A model generated the notes under the pieces. The model was not told the DNA's origin. It ran no database searches and worked only from the letters and a program-made list of their open reading frames with translations. 64,000 nucleotides of DNA, from assembly GCA_016808295.1 (NCBI GenBank), contig SEOL01000005.1, positions 10,357 through 74,356 of the forward strand, given 5' to 3'. A program made the translations under genes and the position numbers. This DNA comes from Candidatus Liberibacter ctenarytainae (GTDB taxonomy: Bacteria > Pseudomonadota > Alphaproteobacteria > Rhizobiales > Rhizobiaceae). Shown here one piece after another: positions 1-10,494 of this stretch; positions within the stretch are counted from its first letter, which is position 1; every line of letters begins with the position of its first letter.

Positions 1-672
1 GACATTCTGAATCATGGCCAATTCTACGGAACGAACCTGCATGACCTTGGCTCCGAGAGACGACATTTCCAGCATTTCTTCAAAAGAAACTTTGTTCATA
101 AGACGGGCTTTGGGTTCAATACGTGGATCAGTCGTATAAACACCATCAACATCCGTATAAATATCACAGCGATCCGCCTCTATAGCAGCAGCTATTGCGA
201 CTGCTGAAGTATCAGATCCACCACGACCCAATGTTGTAATATATCCTTCAGAGCTCACTCCCTGAAATCCAGAAATAACCGGCACTTGTCCTTGCCGCAT
301 GTGAGAAATAATGTTTTTCTTATCTATATGACAGATGCGCGCTGATCCGTGCACATTATCTGTGAGAACAGGTATCTGCCATCCTTGTAATGCAACAGCT
401 TTAACATCTATTGCCCGCAAAGCCACAACCATAAGCCCAGAAGAAATCTGCTCTCCTGCAGAAGCGACGACATCCCATTCACGTGCATTGCAATGAGAAT
501 CAATTTGCCGACACAAAGAATTCAACCGATCTGTTTCACCGCTCATAGCAGAAACAACGACTGCAACCTCATGTCCCTCATCCACTTCACGTTTTATATG
601 CAAAGCAACATTACGCATACAATCAATGTCGGCAACAGACGTACCACCAAATTTCATTACAATACGCGCCAT
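1..672 (-). CDS. lysC: Aspartate kinase, N-terminal part (3' end runs off the window start)
   Basis: Reverse-strand ATG at 672-670. Translation is [27 protein letters not shown]...[13 protein letters not shown]...[26 protein letters not shown] and GRGGSD are aspartokinase signatures. The reading frame stays open to position 1. It is divergent from ubiG, as in Rhizobiales. Confidence 0.9.
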   Translation of the reverse strand, partial: MARIVMKFGGTSVADIDCMRNVALHIKREVDEGHEVAVVVSAMSGETDRLNSLCRQIDSHCNAREWDVVASAGEQISSGLMVVALRAIDVKAVALQGWQIPVLTDNVHGSARICHIDKKNIISHMRQGQVPVISGFQGVSSEGYITTLGRGGSDTSAVAIAAAIEADRCDIYTDVDGVYTTDPRIEPKARLMNKVSFEEMLEMSSLGAKVMQVRSVELAMIQNV

Positions 673-811
673 ACTCATTCCAATACATATAGACACTTAA
701 AATATCATCCATCCACACGCTCTAATGATCGTATGTTTTAAAGATCATACTTGCAAATATCACAAAATCAATGGATTATATCTATATTATTTTTTGCAGG
801 AGTCTGCCCTC

Positions 812-1576
812 ATGAAAACTAAATTCCATGACTATACCACCAAGAATCAAGAAGAAATAGATCGATTTTCAGATATATCCTCAGAATGGTGGAATCCTAC
901 GGGAAAGTTCAAACCTCTTCATAAAATGAATCCAGTACGAGTGGCATATATCCAAGATAACATAATGCAGCATTTTCAGCGCAATAGCCGTGATAAACAT
1001 CCTTTCAAAGGATTACGTATATTAGATCTAGGCTGTGGCGGCGGACTATTATCCGAACCTATGGCTAAAATGGGAGCCACTGTGGTAGGAATTGATCCTT
1101 CTGCCAAAAATATAGAAGTTGCTCAAAATCACGCTAATATGGAGGGAATAAGCATTGATTATCGCGTATCCTGTGCTGAAGAACTGGATAAATTAGAGGA
1201 AAAATTTGATATTATTCTCAATATGGAAGTTATAGAACATGTCGATAATGTCCCTTACTTCATGAAAACATGTTGCTCTCTTCTTCTCGGTAATGGCCTG
1301 ATGTTTATTTCGACCATTAATCGTAATCTAAAAGCAATGTTATTGGCTATTATCTGCGCTGAATACATATTGCAATGGTTACCAAAAGGAACCCATCAAT
1401 ATGAAAAATTCGTCAAAAAAGAAGAAATTGAAGCAATGTTAGAAGAAAATAACGTAAAAATTATCCATTGTATCGGCATGGTTTATAATATATTCTGCAA
1501 TAAATGGCAGCTTTCCACCAAAGATCTAGATGTCAACTACATAGTTTTAGCACACCTCCCAAAAGAAAACTCATAA
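812..1576 (+). CDS. ubiG: Bifunctional 3-demethylubiquinol / 2-polyprenyl-6-hydroxyphenol O-methyltransferase
   Basis: The ORF track gives 725-1576. I prefer ATG 812 (MKTKFHDY...), preceded by GCAGGAG at 796-802. It has the SAM-binding motif LDLGCGGGLLSEPMAKMGATVVGIDPS and a UbiG-like EWWNPTGKFKPLH N-terminus. Confidence 0.85.
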   Translation: MKTKFHDYTTKNQEEIDRFSDISSEWWNPTGKFKPLHKMNPVRVAYIQDNIMQHFQRNSRDKHPFKGLRILDLGCGGGLLSEPMAKMGATVVGIDPSAKNIEVAQNHANMEGISIDYRVSCAEELDKLEEKFDIILNMEVIEHVDNVPYFMKTCCSLLLGNGLMFISTINRNLKAMLLAIICAEYILQWLPKGTHQYEKFVKKEEIEAMLEENNVKIIHCIGMVYNIFCNKWQLSTKDLDVNYIVLAHLPKENS

Positions 1577-1585
1577 TTCCATCGA

Positions 1586-2269
1586 TCATAAATCAACAAG
1601 CTTACCATCTTGAATCGTCATTTGCCGATCCATTTGCGACGCAAGGTCATGATTGTGAGTCGCAATTAATGTCGCCAAACCTAAATGAGACACTGAATCT
1701 TTTAATACACCCAATACTTGTATCGCTGTTTTCGGGTCCAAATTACCCGTTGGCTCATCCGCCAATAGAATCAAAGGATTGTTTACAATCGCTCGACAAA
1801 TCGCCACCCTTTGTTGTTCTCCCCCTGAAATATCGGTAACACGCCTTTGAGAATACTTGGATATTCCCATATAGTCCAAAACCTCCATGGCACGCTGGCC
1901 GGCAATTCTACGACTCACTCCTGCAATCATCTGAGGAAACATAACATTTTCTATCACAGAAAAATCCGCCAAAAGGCGATGTGCTTGATAGACAAAACCA
2001 ATATTATGACAACGCAATAACGATTTCTGATCATCCGTTAAATCATAACACAATTGACCATCAATCACGACATTTCCTTGATCGGCAACCTCTAACAAAC
2101 CTGCAATATGCAAAATAGTTGATTTTCCTGTTCCTGAAGGAGCAATAAGAGCAACCATTTCACCCTGCCTCAAACTAAGATTCACATTATCAAGAACTGC
2201 GAAAGATCCTCCTGTCTGGGAATAACCATGTTTGATGTTTTGGAGAACCAATACTTCCTTATTGCTCAA
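1586..2269 (-). CDS. lolD: Lipoprotein-releasing ABC transporter ATP-binding protein
   Basis: 227 aa with Walker A GTGKST, ABC signature SGGEQQRVAICRA and Walker B LLADEPTGNLD. It lies immediately downstream of the LolC/E-family permease. Confidence 0.85.
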   Translation of the reverse strand: MSNKEVLVLQNIKHGYSQTGGSFAVLDNVNLSLRQGEMVALIAPSGTGKSTILHIAGLLEVADQGNVVIDGQLCYDLTDDQKSLLRCHNIGFVYQAHRLLADFSVIENVMFPQMIAGVSRRIAGQRAMEVLDYMGISKYSQRRVTDISGGEQQRVAICRAIVNNPLILLADEPTGNLDPKTAIQVLGVLKDSVSHLGLATLIATHNHDLASQMDRQMTIQDGKLVDL

Positions 2270-2278
2270 TATATTTTC

Positions 2279-3565
2279 CTACTCATAACGCAAAGCTTTG
2301 ACAGGATCTATCTGAGAAGCTTTCCTGCTGGGAAAAATTGTAGCTAACAAAGAGAGTAAAACCGCTATTATTATAATCCATAAAATCTCAGTCCATGAAA
2401 TTTTGGAAGGCAATTCACTCAATAAATACGCTTTTGTATCAAATATGACGACACCAAAAAAACGCAGAAAAAACTTCCTTATCGCCTCAACATTGAGAGA
2501 AATCAATATACCACCAATAACACCAAAACAAGTCCCAGAGAGACCTATAAAAGCACCAACCATAAAAAAAATACGCATAATTGAGGATGTGCTGGCCCCC
2601 ATAGTGCGCAAAATCGCTATATCCTTCCTTCTTTCTTTGACCAACATCACCAAACTAGAGACAATATTAAGAGACGCGACTAAAACTATCAATGCCAGAA
2701 TAACAAACATAGCATTACGCTCAACTTCCATCGCAGAAAAAAAGACTTGATAACGTGTTTGCCAATCCTCAATAGACATATCCCTTCCAAGTTTCTGTTC
2801 AATCTGTACACGAACATTTTTGACCATATCCGGATCTTTGACGAAAATTTCTATGCCTGATACCGCACCTTCCATATTATAGTATAGTTGCGCTTCTTTT
2901 AGTGACATGTAAATTATTCCACCATCATACTCTGAAATACGCGTCTGAAATATTGCTGCAACAGTATACGACTTAGAACGAATCCCTTTACCTAACGGTG
3001 TAATATCTCCATCTGGAGAAAAAAGTTTTATTCTATCCCCTATAAAAACACCTAAACTTTTAGCGAGAGATTCTCCAATAAAGATTCCCTTTCCTTGATC
3101 AAAATCATCTGATTGAGCACCCTCAAACTGAGAAAAAGAATCTCCTATGTTCAGAAAATCCTTTTGGCTTATACCACGCACCGATACACCAGATCCTCCA
3201 ACATTAAGCCCAGAAATAAATGCCTGACCATTCAAATAAGGAAACAATTTTGTCACATCTTGGATAGAACCAATCTGGTTTAAAAGAGAATGATAATTTG
3301 TCAGTGGAGAATATATGGGCTGAACGATTATATGTCCGTTAATTCCCAAAATACGTGAGATTATATCTGCACGGAATCCATTCATAACAGACATGACGAC
3401 TATTAAAGCCATCACGCCTATCATGACTCCAATGAATGAGATCATTGCAGAGACAGAGACAAAGGCTTTTTTATGACTTAAAAATAAATAACGCCAAGCA
3501 ACTATCATCTCAAATCTTGCAAAGAATCTCTTTCTTTCATTGCTTTTGATATTCAAACTATCCAA
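2279..3565 (-). CDS. lolE: Lipoprotein-releasing system transmembrane permease (LolC/E family, FtsX-like)
   Basis: 428 aa with an FARFEMIVAWRYL N-terminus, a large periplasmic loop and C-terminal FtsX-type TM helices (ILRTMGAS...). Adjacent to lolD. Confidence 0.85.
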   Translation of the reverse strand: MDSLNIKSNERKRFFARFEMIVAWRYLFLSHKKAFVSVSAMISFIGVMIGVMALIVVMSVMNGFRADIISRILGINGHIIVQPIYSPLTNYHSLLNQIGSIQDVTKLFPYLNGQAFISGLNVGGSGVSVRGISQKDFLNIGDSFSQFEGAQSDDFDQGKGIFIGESLAKSLGVFIGDRIKLFSPDGDITPLGKGIRSKSYTVAAIFQTRISEYDGGIIYMSLKEAQLYYNMEGAVSGIEIFVKDPDMVKNVRVQIEQKLGRDMSIEDWQTRYQVFFSAMEVERNAMFVILALIVLVASLNIVSSLVMLVKERRKDIAILRTMGASTSSIMRIFFMVGAFIGLSGTCFGVIGGILISLNVEAIRKFFLRFFGVVIFDTKAYLLSELPSKISWTEILWIIIIAVLLSLLATIFPSRKASQIDPVKALRYE

Positions 3566-3567
3566 TC

Positions 3568-4902
3568 TTATCCGCCAAAACGATCGGAGATATAATGGAC
3601 AGCACTTTCTAATGACATGGATTCTCTTTTTCCTGTCTCCCTATGTTTTATTTCAACCTGAGAACTAGAAATAAATTCTGAACCAATAATAACCTGTAAA
3701 GGAAAACCTAACAAATCAGCTATGGCAAACTTAGATCCTGCCTGTTCATCAACATCATCCAAGAACACATCACACCCTGCTCGAGAAAGTTTTTCATACA
3801 TCACTTCACATGCAGAACGACATTCCTGATTATGAACTTTGACATTAATAAGAGAGACATGAAATGGAGTTACTGAATCATTCCAAATGATTCCTTTCGA
3901 ATCATGTGAATATTCAATAATAGCAGGCACAACTCGCGTGGGACCAATTCCATATGAGCCCATCTGAACACAATGTTCTTCACCATCTGGACCCAAAACC
4001 TTTGCAGACATCGCTTTAGAATATTTTTCACCAAAATGAAAAATATGACCCACTTCAATACCTCGTGCAACACACTTTTTATCATCCGGAATAGAATTAA
4101 ATACGGCCTCATCATGAACATCAGAAGTAGCTGCATAGAGCGCACTCCTTTTTTCTACGATATCCTTGATCGCCATAACATCATTAAAATCTGTGTTTTC
4201 AGGGGGAATTGGAAAATCAATCAAATCTTTGCAGCAAAATACTTGGGTTTCACCTATATCCGCTAGAACAATGAATTCATGACTTAAATCTCCTCCAATC
4301 GGACCAGATTCTGCTCGCATTGCTATAGATTTTAATCCCAAACGATGAAAAATCCGAAGATATGATACAAACATTTTATTATAAGAGTGCTCAGAATCTT
4401 CACGATTAAAATCAAACGAATAGGCATCTTTCATCAGAAATTCACGAGCGCGCATCGTGCCAAAACGTGGCCTCATTTCATCTCGAAACTTCCATTGAAG
4501 ATGATAGAGATTCAACGGCAAATCTCTATAAGATTTTATATAAGAACGAAAAATATCCGTTATCATCTCTTCATTTGTTGGTCCGTAAAGCAAGGGCTTA
4601 TCATGTCTATCAACAATTCGCAGCATTTCCTTTCCATAAGAATCATAACGGCCACTTTCACGCCATAAATCAGCCGATTGCAAAGTTGGCATAAGCATCT
4701 CAATAGCGCCGATGCGATTTTGTTCTTCCTGAATAATCGCATTAACCTTATCCAAAACCCTTTTTCCTAAAGGAAGCCAAGAATATATTCCTTTTGTGTT
4801 CTGGTATATCATTCCTGATCGCAACATTAAACGATGGGAAATAATTTCTGCATTCTTAGGATCTTCCTGCATTATTGGCAAAAAGTACCGAGACCTTCTC
4901 AT
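3568..4902 (-). CDS. proS: Prolyl-tRNA synthetase (short alphaproteobacterial form lacking the large editing insertion)
   Basis: 444 aa, beginning [32 protein letters not shown]. It contains class II aaRS motifs ([25 protein letters not shown]; GSYGIGPTR). Confidence 0.95.
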   Translation of the reverse strand: MRRSRYFLPIMQEDPKNAEIISHRLMLRSGMIYQNTKGIYSWLPLGKRVLDKVNAIIQEEQNRIGAIEMLMPTLQSADLWRESGRYDSYGKEMLRIVDRHDKPLLYGPTNEEMITDIFRSYIKSYRDLPLNLYHLQWKFRDEMRPRFGTMRAREFLMKDAYSFDFNREDSEHSYNKMFVSYLRIFHRLGLKSIAMRAESGPIGGDLSHEFIVLADIGETQVFCCKDLIDFPIPPENTDFNDVMAIKDIVEKRSALYAATSDVHDEAVFNSIPDDKKCVARGIEVGHIFHFGEKYSKAMSAKVLGPDGEEHCVQMGSYGIGPTRVVPAIIEYSHDSKGIIWNDSVTPFHVSLINVKVHNQECRSACEVMYEKLSRAGCDVFLDDVDEQAGSKFAIADLLGFPLQVIIGSEFISSSQVEIKHRETGKRESMSLESAVHYISDRFGG

Positions 4903-5075
4903 AAACCAACTCCTTTACTATTTCTAATTAATATCAATCTTTAAAAAACAACTTATCAAGTTTGAATAATTTTCACAAGAATCAAGATGTGTTCATTTGC
5001 AAGAAGAATTGTTTATTTAATCAATGAATACAATCTATGTCCCCAACGGGGATATACCATGACCTATAGTATCTT

Positions 5076-6758
5076 TTACCTAGAAGATATTTTATTAACA
5101 AAGACAGTAACAATAGGTTTTTTTCCCCAAATACGATAAACAGCAGAACGCAGGGAGCGGCTGATCGTCTCACGCAATGACTTTAAATCTTTCCGCTTCG
5201 CTTGTGGAAGACTAATTACCGTTGTTATGATCGTCTTTAACAACTCTTTGCTGATTTTCGTTCCATCACTATTGTAAAAAGGCAATCCTATATCAATAAT
5301 TTCCGGAATACCGATGATATTATAATGATGATCAAGGACTACATTAACAGATAAATGACCTACGAACGAAAGTTTCTTCCTTTTAGAAATTCCTAAATTG
5401 TCCAAATTACCGACCAGATAACCATCTTTATAACAACATCCATGCACCACCTTCTCAATAATTTCCACAGGATTTGGGAAAAGACGCAGCATCTGACCAT
5501 TGCGAACCGACGGAACATAACCAATACCAGATTGCAAAGCAAGCTCCTTCTGTGCAACGAGATGTACAGGTTCCCCATGGAGAGGGACTAGCATATTCGG
5601 ACGAATCCACTCATACATACGTCTCAAATCACTGCGATACGGATGACCCGAAACATGCACTGGATTCTCTGCGTCTCCTATAATGATCTGCACACCCTTG
5701 TCTATTAATCTGTTTTTGACACAAGCTATTGCTACTTCATTGCCTGGTATAGAACGTGCTGAAAATATGACCTTATCATTTTCTTGCAATGCTATAGCAT
5801 GAATCTTCTCGCCGCGCGATAATTTGGCTAAAGCAGAACGCGGTTCACCCTGACTGCCAGTAAGGATAACAACCAATTGGTTGCGAGAATATAAGCTAAA
5901 ATCTTCCTCCGGAACAAAAAATTGATCTTGCTGTATTAAACCAACACTTATAGCAACATTAACCACTCTTTTTAATGAAGAACCAAGGATCATTACCTTC
6001 CGTCCTAATCGTTCAGAAACATCGATAATGCTACGAATCCGACCTACATTCGATGAAAAAGTTGCAATTGCAATACATCCTTCAGATTTTTCAATGATAT
6101 CATGTAGATTTTGACTCACATCTTTTTCTGATATGGAATCCCCTTCAGACGTTGCATTGGTGGAATCACACATCAACGCAAGGACTCCTTCACGGCCAAT
6201 AGCACTTAAAGAATCCGTATCCGTCACATCTCCACATATAGCATGATCATCTATTTTCCAATCACCTGTATGCACAATATTACCTACTGGAGAACGAATA
6301 ATGAAAGCCATTGTTTCTGGAATTGAGTGATTCATTTGCAAGGATTCTACTGCAAAAGGCCCTATATCAATTTTTTCTCCTGCCCGAAAAGGTATGCAGT
6401 TAATATTTTGAGGCAAACGTTCATAGACACTTTTTGCCTCTAAAAGCCCTATTGCAAAAGGAGAAGCATAAACAGGAACATTAATGAATCGCCACAATTC
6501 ATGTAGCGCACCACAATGATCTTCATGTGCATGCGTAATAACAATTGCCATAAGATTCTTACGTTCTTTCTTAAGAAAACTAATATCCGGAAACACAAGA
6601 TCCACTCCTGGCAAATCACTTTTTGGGAAAGTAGCGCCACAGTCAACCATTATCCATTTACGCCTTCCAGGAACACCATATCCATAAAGGGCCATGTTCA
6701 TACCAATTTCACCAACTCCACCAAGCGGCAAAAATACCAAATCTTCCTCTCTTACCAT
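5076..6758 (-). CDS. rnj: Ribonuclease J (metallo-beta-lactamase / beta-CASP family)
   Basis: 560 aa with the HxHxDH motif ITHAHEDHCGAL, the beta-CASP region and a C-terminal domain. The position between birA and proS is conserved in Rhizobiales. Confidence 0.85.
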   Translation of the reverse strand: MVREEDLVFLPLGGVGEIGMNMALYGYGVPGRRKWIMVDCGATFPKSDLPGVDLVFPDISFLKKERKNLMAIVITHAHEDHCGALHELWRFINVPVYASPFAIGLLEAKSVYERLPQNINCIPFRAGEKIDIGPFAVESLQMNHSIPETMAFIIRSPVGNIVHTGDWKIDDHAICGDVTDTDSLSAIGREGVLALMCDSTNATSEGDSISEKDVSQNLHDIIEKSEGCIAIATFSSNVGRIRSIIDVSERLGRKVMILGSSLKRVVNVAISVGLIQQDQFFVPEEDFSLYSRNQLVVILTGSQGEPRSALAKLSRGEKIHAIALQENDKVIFSARSIPGNEVAIACVKNRLIDKGVQIIIGDAENPVHVSGHPYRSDLRRMYEWIRPNMLVPLHGEPVHLVAQKELALQSGIGYVPSVRNGQMLRLFPNPVEIIEKVVHGCCYKDGYLVGNLDNLGISKRKKLSFVGHLSVNVVLDHHYNIIGIPEIIDIGLPFYNSDGTKISKELLKTIITTVISLPQAKRKDLKSLRETISRSLRSAVYRIWGKKPIVTVFVNKISSR

Positions 6759-6773
6759 GTATGATCTTTCATT

Positions 6774-7505
6774 CTATTCAATAATATCTCCCGTAAAAAC
6801 TTGACGAAAACAACCTTTGCTTTCTTCTAATAATAGATATCCAAAATCATCAATTCCAACGAAACGACCTGAAAGTGACTGATGAGGAAGATTAACGGTA
6901 ATAGCATCACCTATCCCAGAAGCATAACAACGCCACAGACTCATAATTTCTTTTCGTCCCGTATCTCTCCTCCATATAGCTAGTATTTTTGCAATTTCTT
7001 GATACAATTTCGACAAGACGTCTTTTAAGTCTACACACACCCCTTCTTGTGCCAAAGATGTCACAGGATATAAGGTATTGTCAGGACAAGATTTAATATT
7101 GATGCCTATTCCAATAATAACTGCTTGTAAACCATTTTTTAAATCCAAGGTCTCAATCAAAACTCCAGAAACTTTCCGTCGACAAATTAATAAATCATTT
7201 GGCCATTTTATCTTGATATCTGCTCCCATAGGAAGAAAAGATGCTATAAGTGAGTGCACAGCTACAGCAATAGCAAACGACAACAATGTGAGAGATTGCT
7301 TCGATAAAGAATCAACCAATAACAATGAAGCGTATAGATTTCCCGGCTCAGAAGTCCACACTCTTCCTCTACGACCTCGACCACCCGTTTGACGAGAAGC
7401 AACCACCCATAATCCCCCTGGATCACCCGCTAATGCCTGTTTTATACATTCATCATTGGTAGAAACCACAGTATTAAAAAATGTGTAGCGAAAATTTTTA
7501 AGCAT
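6774..7505 (-). CDS. birA: Biotin--[acetyl-CoA-carboxylase] ligase, class I (no N-terminal HTH)
   Basis: 243 aa with the biotin-binding GRGRRGR motif (SRQTGGRGRRGRVWTS) and KWPNDL. It lies directly downstream of nuoN. Confidence 0.85.
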   Translation of the reverse strand: MLKNFRYTFFNTVVSTNDECIKQALAGDPGGLWVVASRQTGGRGRRGRVWTSEPGNLYASLLLVDSLSKQSLTLLSFAIAVAVHSLIASFLPMGADIKIKWPNDLLICRRKVSGVLIETLDLKNGLQAVIIGIGINIKSCPDNTLYPVTSLAQEGVCVDLKDVLSKLYQEIAKILAIWRRDTGRKEIMSLWRCYASGIGDAITVNLPHQSLSGRFVGIDDFGYLLLEESKGCFRQVFTGDIIE

Positions 7506-7534
7506 ATTACACCCAGAAGAACCCCATAATATCT

Positions 7535-8983
7535 CTAAAAAAGCGATGAAATGGCCATACTAACCCAACCATTCAAAGCACTTTCAAACAAAATATAGAA
7601 AATAGAAAATAAACCAGCAGTAGAAACGACCAGTTTAGTTCCTCTGTTCATTAATATCAATCCATCATTCGGTTTATTAAACCACATCGCACTGATAATA
7701 TATAAATAATAGTAGGCGGATATGACAGAAGATAATAATCCAACAATAGCAAAGAAATAAAGATCTCTTTTTATCGTGGATAGAAAAAGAAAATACTTAC
7801 CCAAAAAACCCGCAAAGGGAGGAATACCCGCCAACGAAAAAATTAAAACAGTTAATACACACGCTAAAAAAGGGCTTCGTTGTGACAAACCTGAAAGATC
7901 TGAAATATTCTGAATATTGCTGCCATCTTTACGACGCAGAGACAATATACAAGAAAAAAAACCTAAAACCATGACAAGATAAATGACCATATACCTAATC
8001 ATTGCAGAAAGCCCAAGAACCGTACCAGACGAAAAACCAAGAAGAGCATATCCTGCATGAGATATAGACGAATAAGCCATGAGACGTTTTATGTTTTTCT
8101 GCCGAATCGCGGCGACAGAACCCAATACCATAGACAAGACAGAAACAAGCATCAAAATCTGCTGTATATCAAAAATCATCGGCCAAAATGCGCTGGTTAC
8201 GCGGAACAAAGACATCGTAATGGCAAATTTTGGAACAGTTGCTAAAAAGGCAGCAACAAACATAGGAGACCCTTCATATACATCAGGTATCCACATATGA
8301 AACGGAACCAATGCCATCTTAAAGCAAAGACCCACAAGAATAAATACAACGCCGATTATCACAACAAATGAATTATTGCCCACGAATAATGATGTCGCTA
8401 TATGCGAAAAATCTGTATAACCCGTAAACCCATAGATAAAAGACATTCCGTATAACAAAAAACCAGAAGAAAAGGATCCTAAAACAAAATATTTAACAGC
8501 GGATTCAATTGACAACATACTTTCACGATTCATAGCAATGATAATATAAAGCGCCAGAGAATATAATTCTAATGCCATATAAAAAGAAATCATATCATTC
8601 GCTGAAACCATTAAGAGCATGCCTAAAATGGAAATCAAAATAATCACAGGAAATTCAAAACGATTAAAGGGCTTGAGATGCACACAGCTAGACATCATAG
8701 TGAATACCACTATGCTGCTCGCCAAAATCATGGCTTTTACAAAATGTGAGAAGTTATCTGAAATATAAACACGACCGAATCCTATCCCATCAAAACGCAC
8801 AATAAAAAGAGATATAAAGGCAATACTCAGCAGTATTATGGGAAAAACAACCAAGTGGAATAATGTTCTTTTTCGAGAGAACAAGCCCATCAATAAAAGG
8901 AGAAGACTTCCAATAGCGATGATCAGTTCAGGAATACAAAGGCGCAAATCACTTATAATATCGACAGGATTCGTAGTCATCAT
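7535..8983 (-). CDS. nuoN: NADH-quinone oxidoreductase subunit N
   Basis: 482-aa polytopic antiporter-like protein and last gene of the nuo operon. There is a 4-nt overlap with nuoM. Confidence 0.95.
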   Translation of the reverse strand: MMTTNPVDIISDLRLCIPELIIAIGSLLLLLMGLFSRKRTLFHLVVFPIILLSIAFISLFIVRFDGIGFGRVYISDNFSHFVKAMILASSIVVFTMMSSCVHLKPFNRFEFPVIILISILGMLLMVSANDMISFYMALELYSLALYIIIAMNRESMLSIESAVKYFVLGSFSSGFLLYGMSFIYGFTGYTDFSHIATSLFVGNNSFVVIIGVVFILVGLCFKMALVPFHMWIPDVYEGSPMFVAAFLATVPKFAITMSLFRVTSAFWPMIFDIQQILMLVSVLSMVLGSVAAIRQKNIKRLMAYSSISHAGYALLGFSSGTVLGLSAMIRYMVIYLVMVLGFFSCILSLRRKDGSNIQNISDLSGLSQRSPFLACVLTVLIFSLAGIPPFAGFLGKYFLFLSTIKRDLYFFAIVGLLSSVISAYYYLYIISAMWFNKPNDGLILMNRGTKLVVSTAGLFSIFYILFESALNGWVSMAISSLF

Positions 8984-10494
8984 CTCCGAGTTCTCTCTTT
9001 ATCTGTAGAATAATATTCTATTTCCAACGCATAATTCTTCATAACAGAAGTAATAGGAGCAGAAAAAGTTGCAAAAACCGGCATAGTATATATTCCAAAG
9101 ACAACAGTTAAAATCATAATTGGATAGAGAGTACAACGCTCACATAACGAAAGATCTGTTAATGCTCTCACTTCTGCACGATCTGAAACGCCAAAAACCA
9201 CCCTACGATAAAGCCATAACGCATATACAGCGGATAATACGACACCTAATGACGCAACAAAAGCAACAGTATGATTGGTTTTAAAAATAGACATAATGAC
9301 AAGAAATTCTCCAATAAAACCAGACGTACCAGGAAGCCCAACATTCGCCATAGTTAACACCATCATTACTACTGCATATTTAGGCATATTATGAACCAAT
9401 CCACCATAGGCAGAAATCTCACGCGTATGTAAGCGGTCATAAATTACCCCTACACAAAAAAACAAGCCACTGGATACAAGGCCATGCGACAACATCTGAA
9501 ACATCGCTCCTTCAACACCACTTTCTCTCCCCGAAAATATACCCATCGTTACATAGCCCATATGTGCTATCGAGGAATATGCGATAAGTTTTTTAATATC
9601 ATCCTGAACCATGGCTACCAGAGAAGCATATACAATTGCTACGACTGATAACACCACAATCATTGGAGAAAAATATTGAGAAGCCAAAGGAAACATTGGC
9701 AATAGAAATCTGATACAACCATATCCGCCTAATTTTAACATAATACCAGCCAGAAAAACTGAGCCAGCAGTCGGCGCCTGTACATGAGCATCAGGTAACC
9801 AAGTATGAAAAGGGAACATAGGGATTTTGATTGCAAAGGAACAGAAGAAAGCCAACCATAACCAACACTGCACATGCATTGAAAAATGATTCCGACCATA
9901 CAACTCTATAATACTACTTGTATTTTGCGTCCAACACATCACCATGATCGCTAAGAGCATAAAAACCGAACCAAAAAATGTGTAAAGAAAAAACTTATAA
10001 GCCGCATAAATACGATTATTTCCACCCCAAACACCTATAATAATGAACATAGGAATTAAGCTAGATTCGAAAAATATGTAAAATAACACTATATCAATGG
10101 CCAAAAATGCACCTATCGTCATCGACTCAAGGACAAGGAAGGCAATCATATATTCCTTAAAACGATTGTGCACAGAACCCCAACTGGACAAGATACAAAA
10201 AGGAATCAGGAAAGATGTTAAAACAACAAAGGGAACGGATATGCCATCAACTCCAAGGTGATAATTGCAAAAAAAATCAATCCAATGGTAGTATTCAACC
10301 ATCTGAAACTCATTGCCGTTGTTGCCTAATGTAATCCATATAAACAAAGACAAGAGAAAATTTATGACACTTGTTCCTAGAGCAATTGCTAGAAAAGATC
10401 TTCTTCCACACCCAAAGAAAGAAGCCAAAAGAATCATAAATACACCTAGAAAAGGCATAAAAGTTACAATGGATAGAAATGGCACATGATTCAT
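8980..10494 (-). CDS. nuoM: NADH-quinone oxidoreductase subunit M
   Basis: The ORF track extends to 10644, but that 50-aa extension overlaps nuoL. I prefer ATG 10494-10492 (MNHVPFLSIVTF...), which forms an ATGA overlap with the nuoL stop. That gives 504 aa, typical for NuoM. Confidence 0.9.
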   Translation of the reverse strand: MNHVPFLSIVTFMPFLGVFMILLASFFGCGRRSFLAIALGTSVINFLLSLFIWITLGNNGNEFQMVEYYHWIDFFCNYHLGVDGISVPFVVLTSFLIPFCILSSWGSVHNRFKEYMIAFLVLESMTIGAFLAIDIVLFYIFFESSLIPMFIIIGVWGGNNRIYAAYKFFLYTFFGSVFMLLAIMVMCWTQNTSSIIELYGRNHFSMHVQCWLWLAFFCSFAIKIPMFPFHTWLPDAHVQAPTAGSVFLAGIMLKLGGYGCIRFLLPMFPLASQYFSPMIVVLSVVAIVYASLVAMVQDDIKKLIAYSSIAHMGYVTMGIFSGRESGVEGAMFQMLSHGLVSSGLFFCVGVIYDRLHTREISAYGGLVHNMPKYAVVMMVLTMANVGLPGTSGFIGEFLVIMSIFKTNHTVAFVASLGVVLSAVYALWLYRRVVFGVSDRAEVRALTDLSLCERCTLYPIMILTVVFGIYTMPVFATFSAPITSVMKNYALEIEYYSTDKERTRR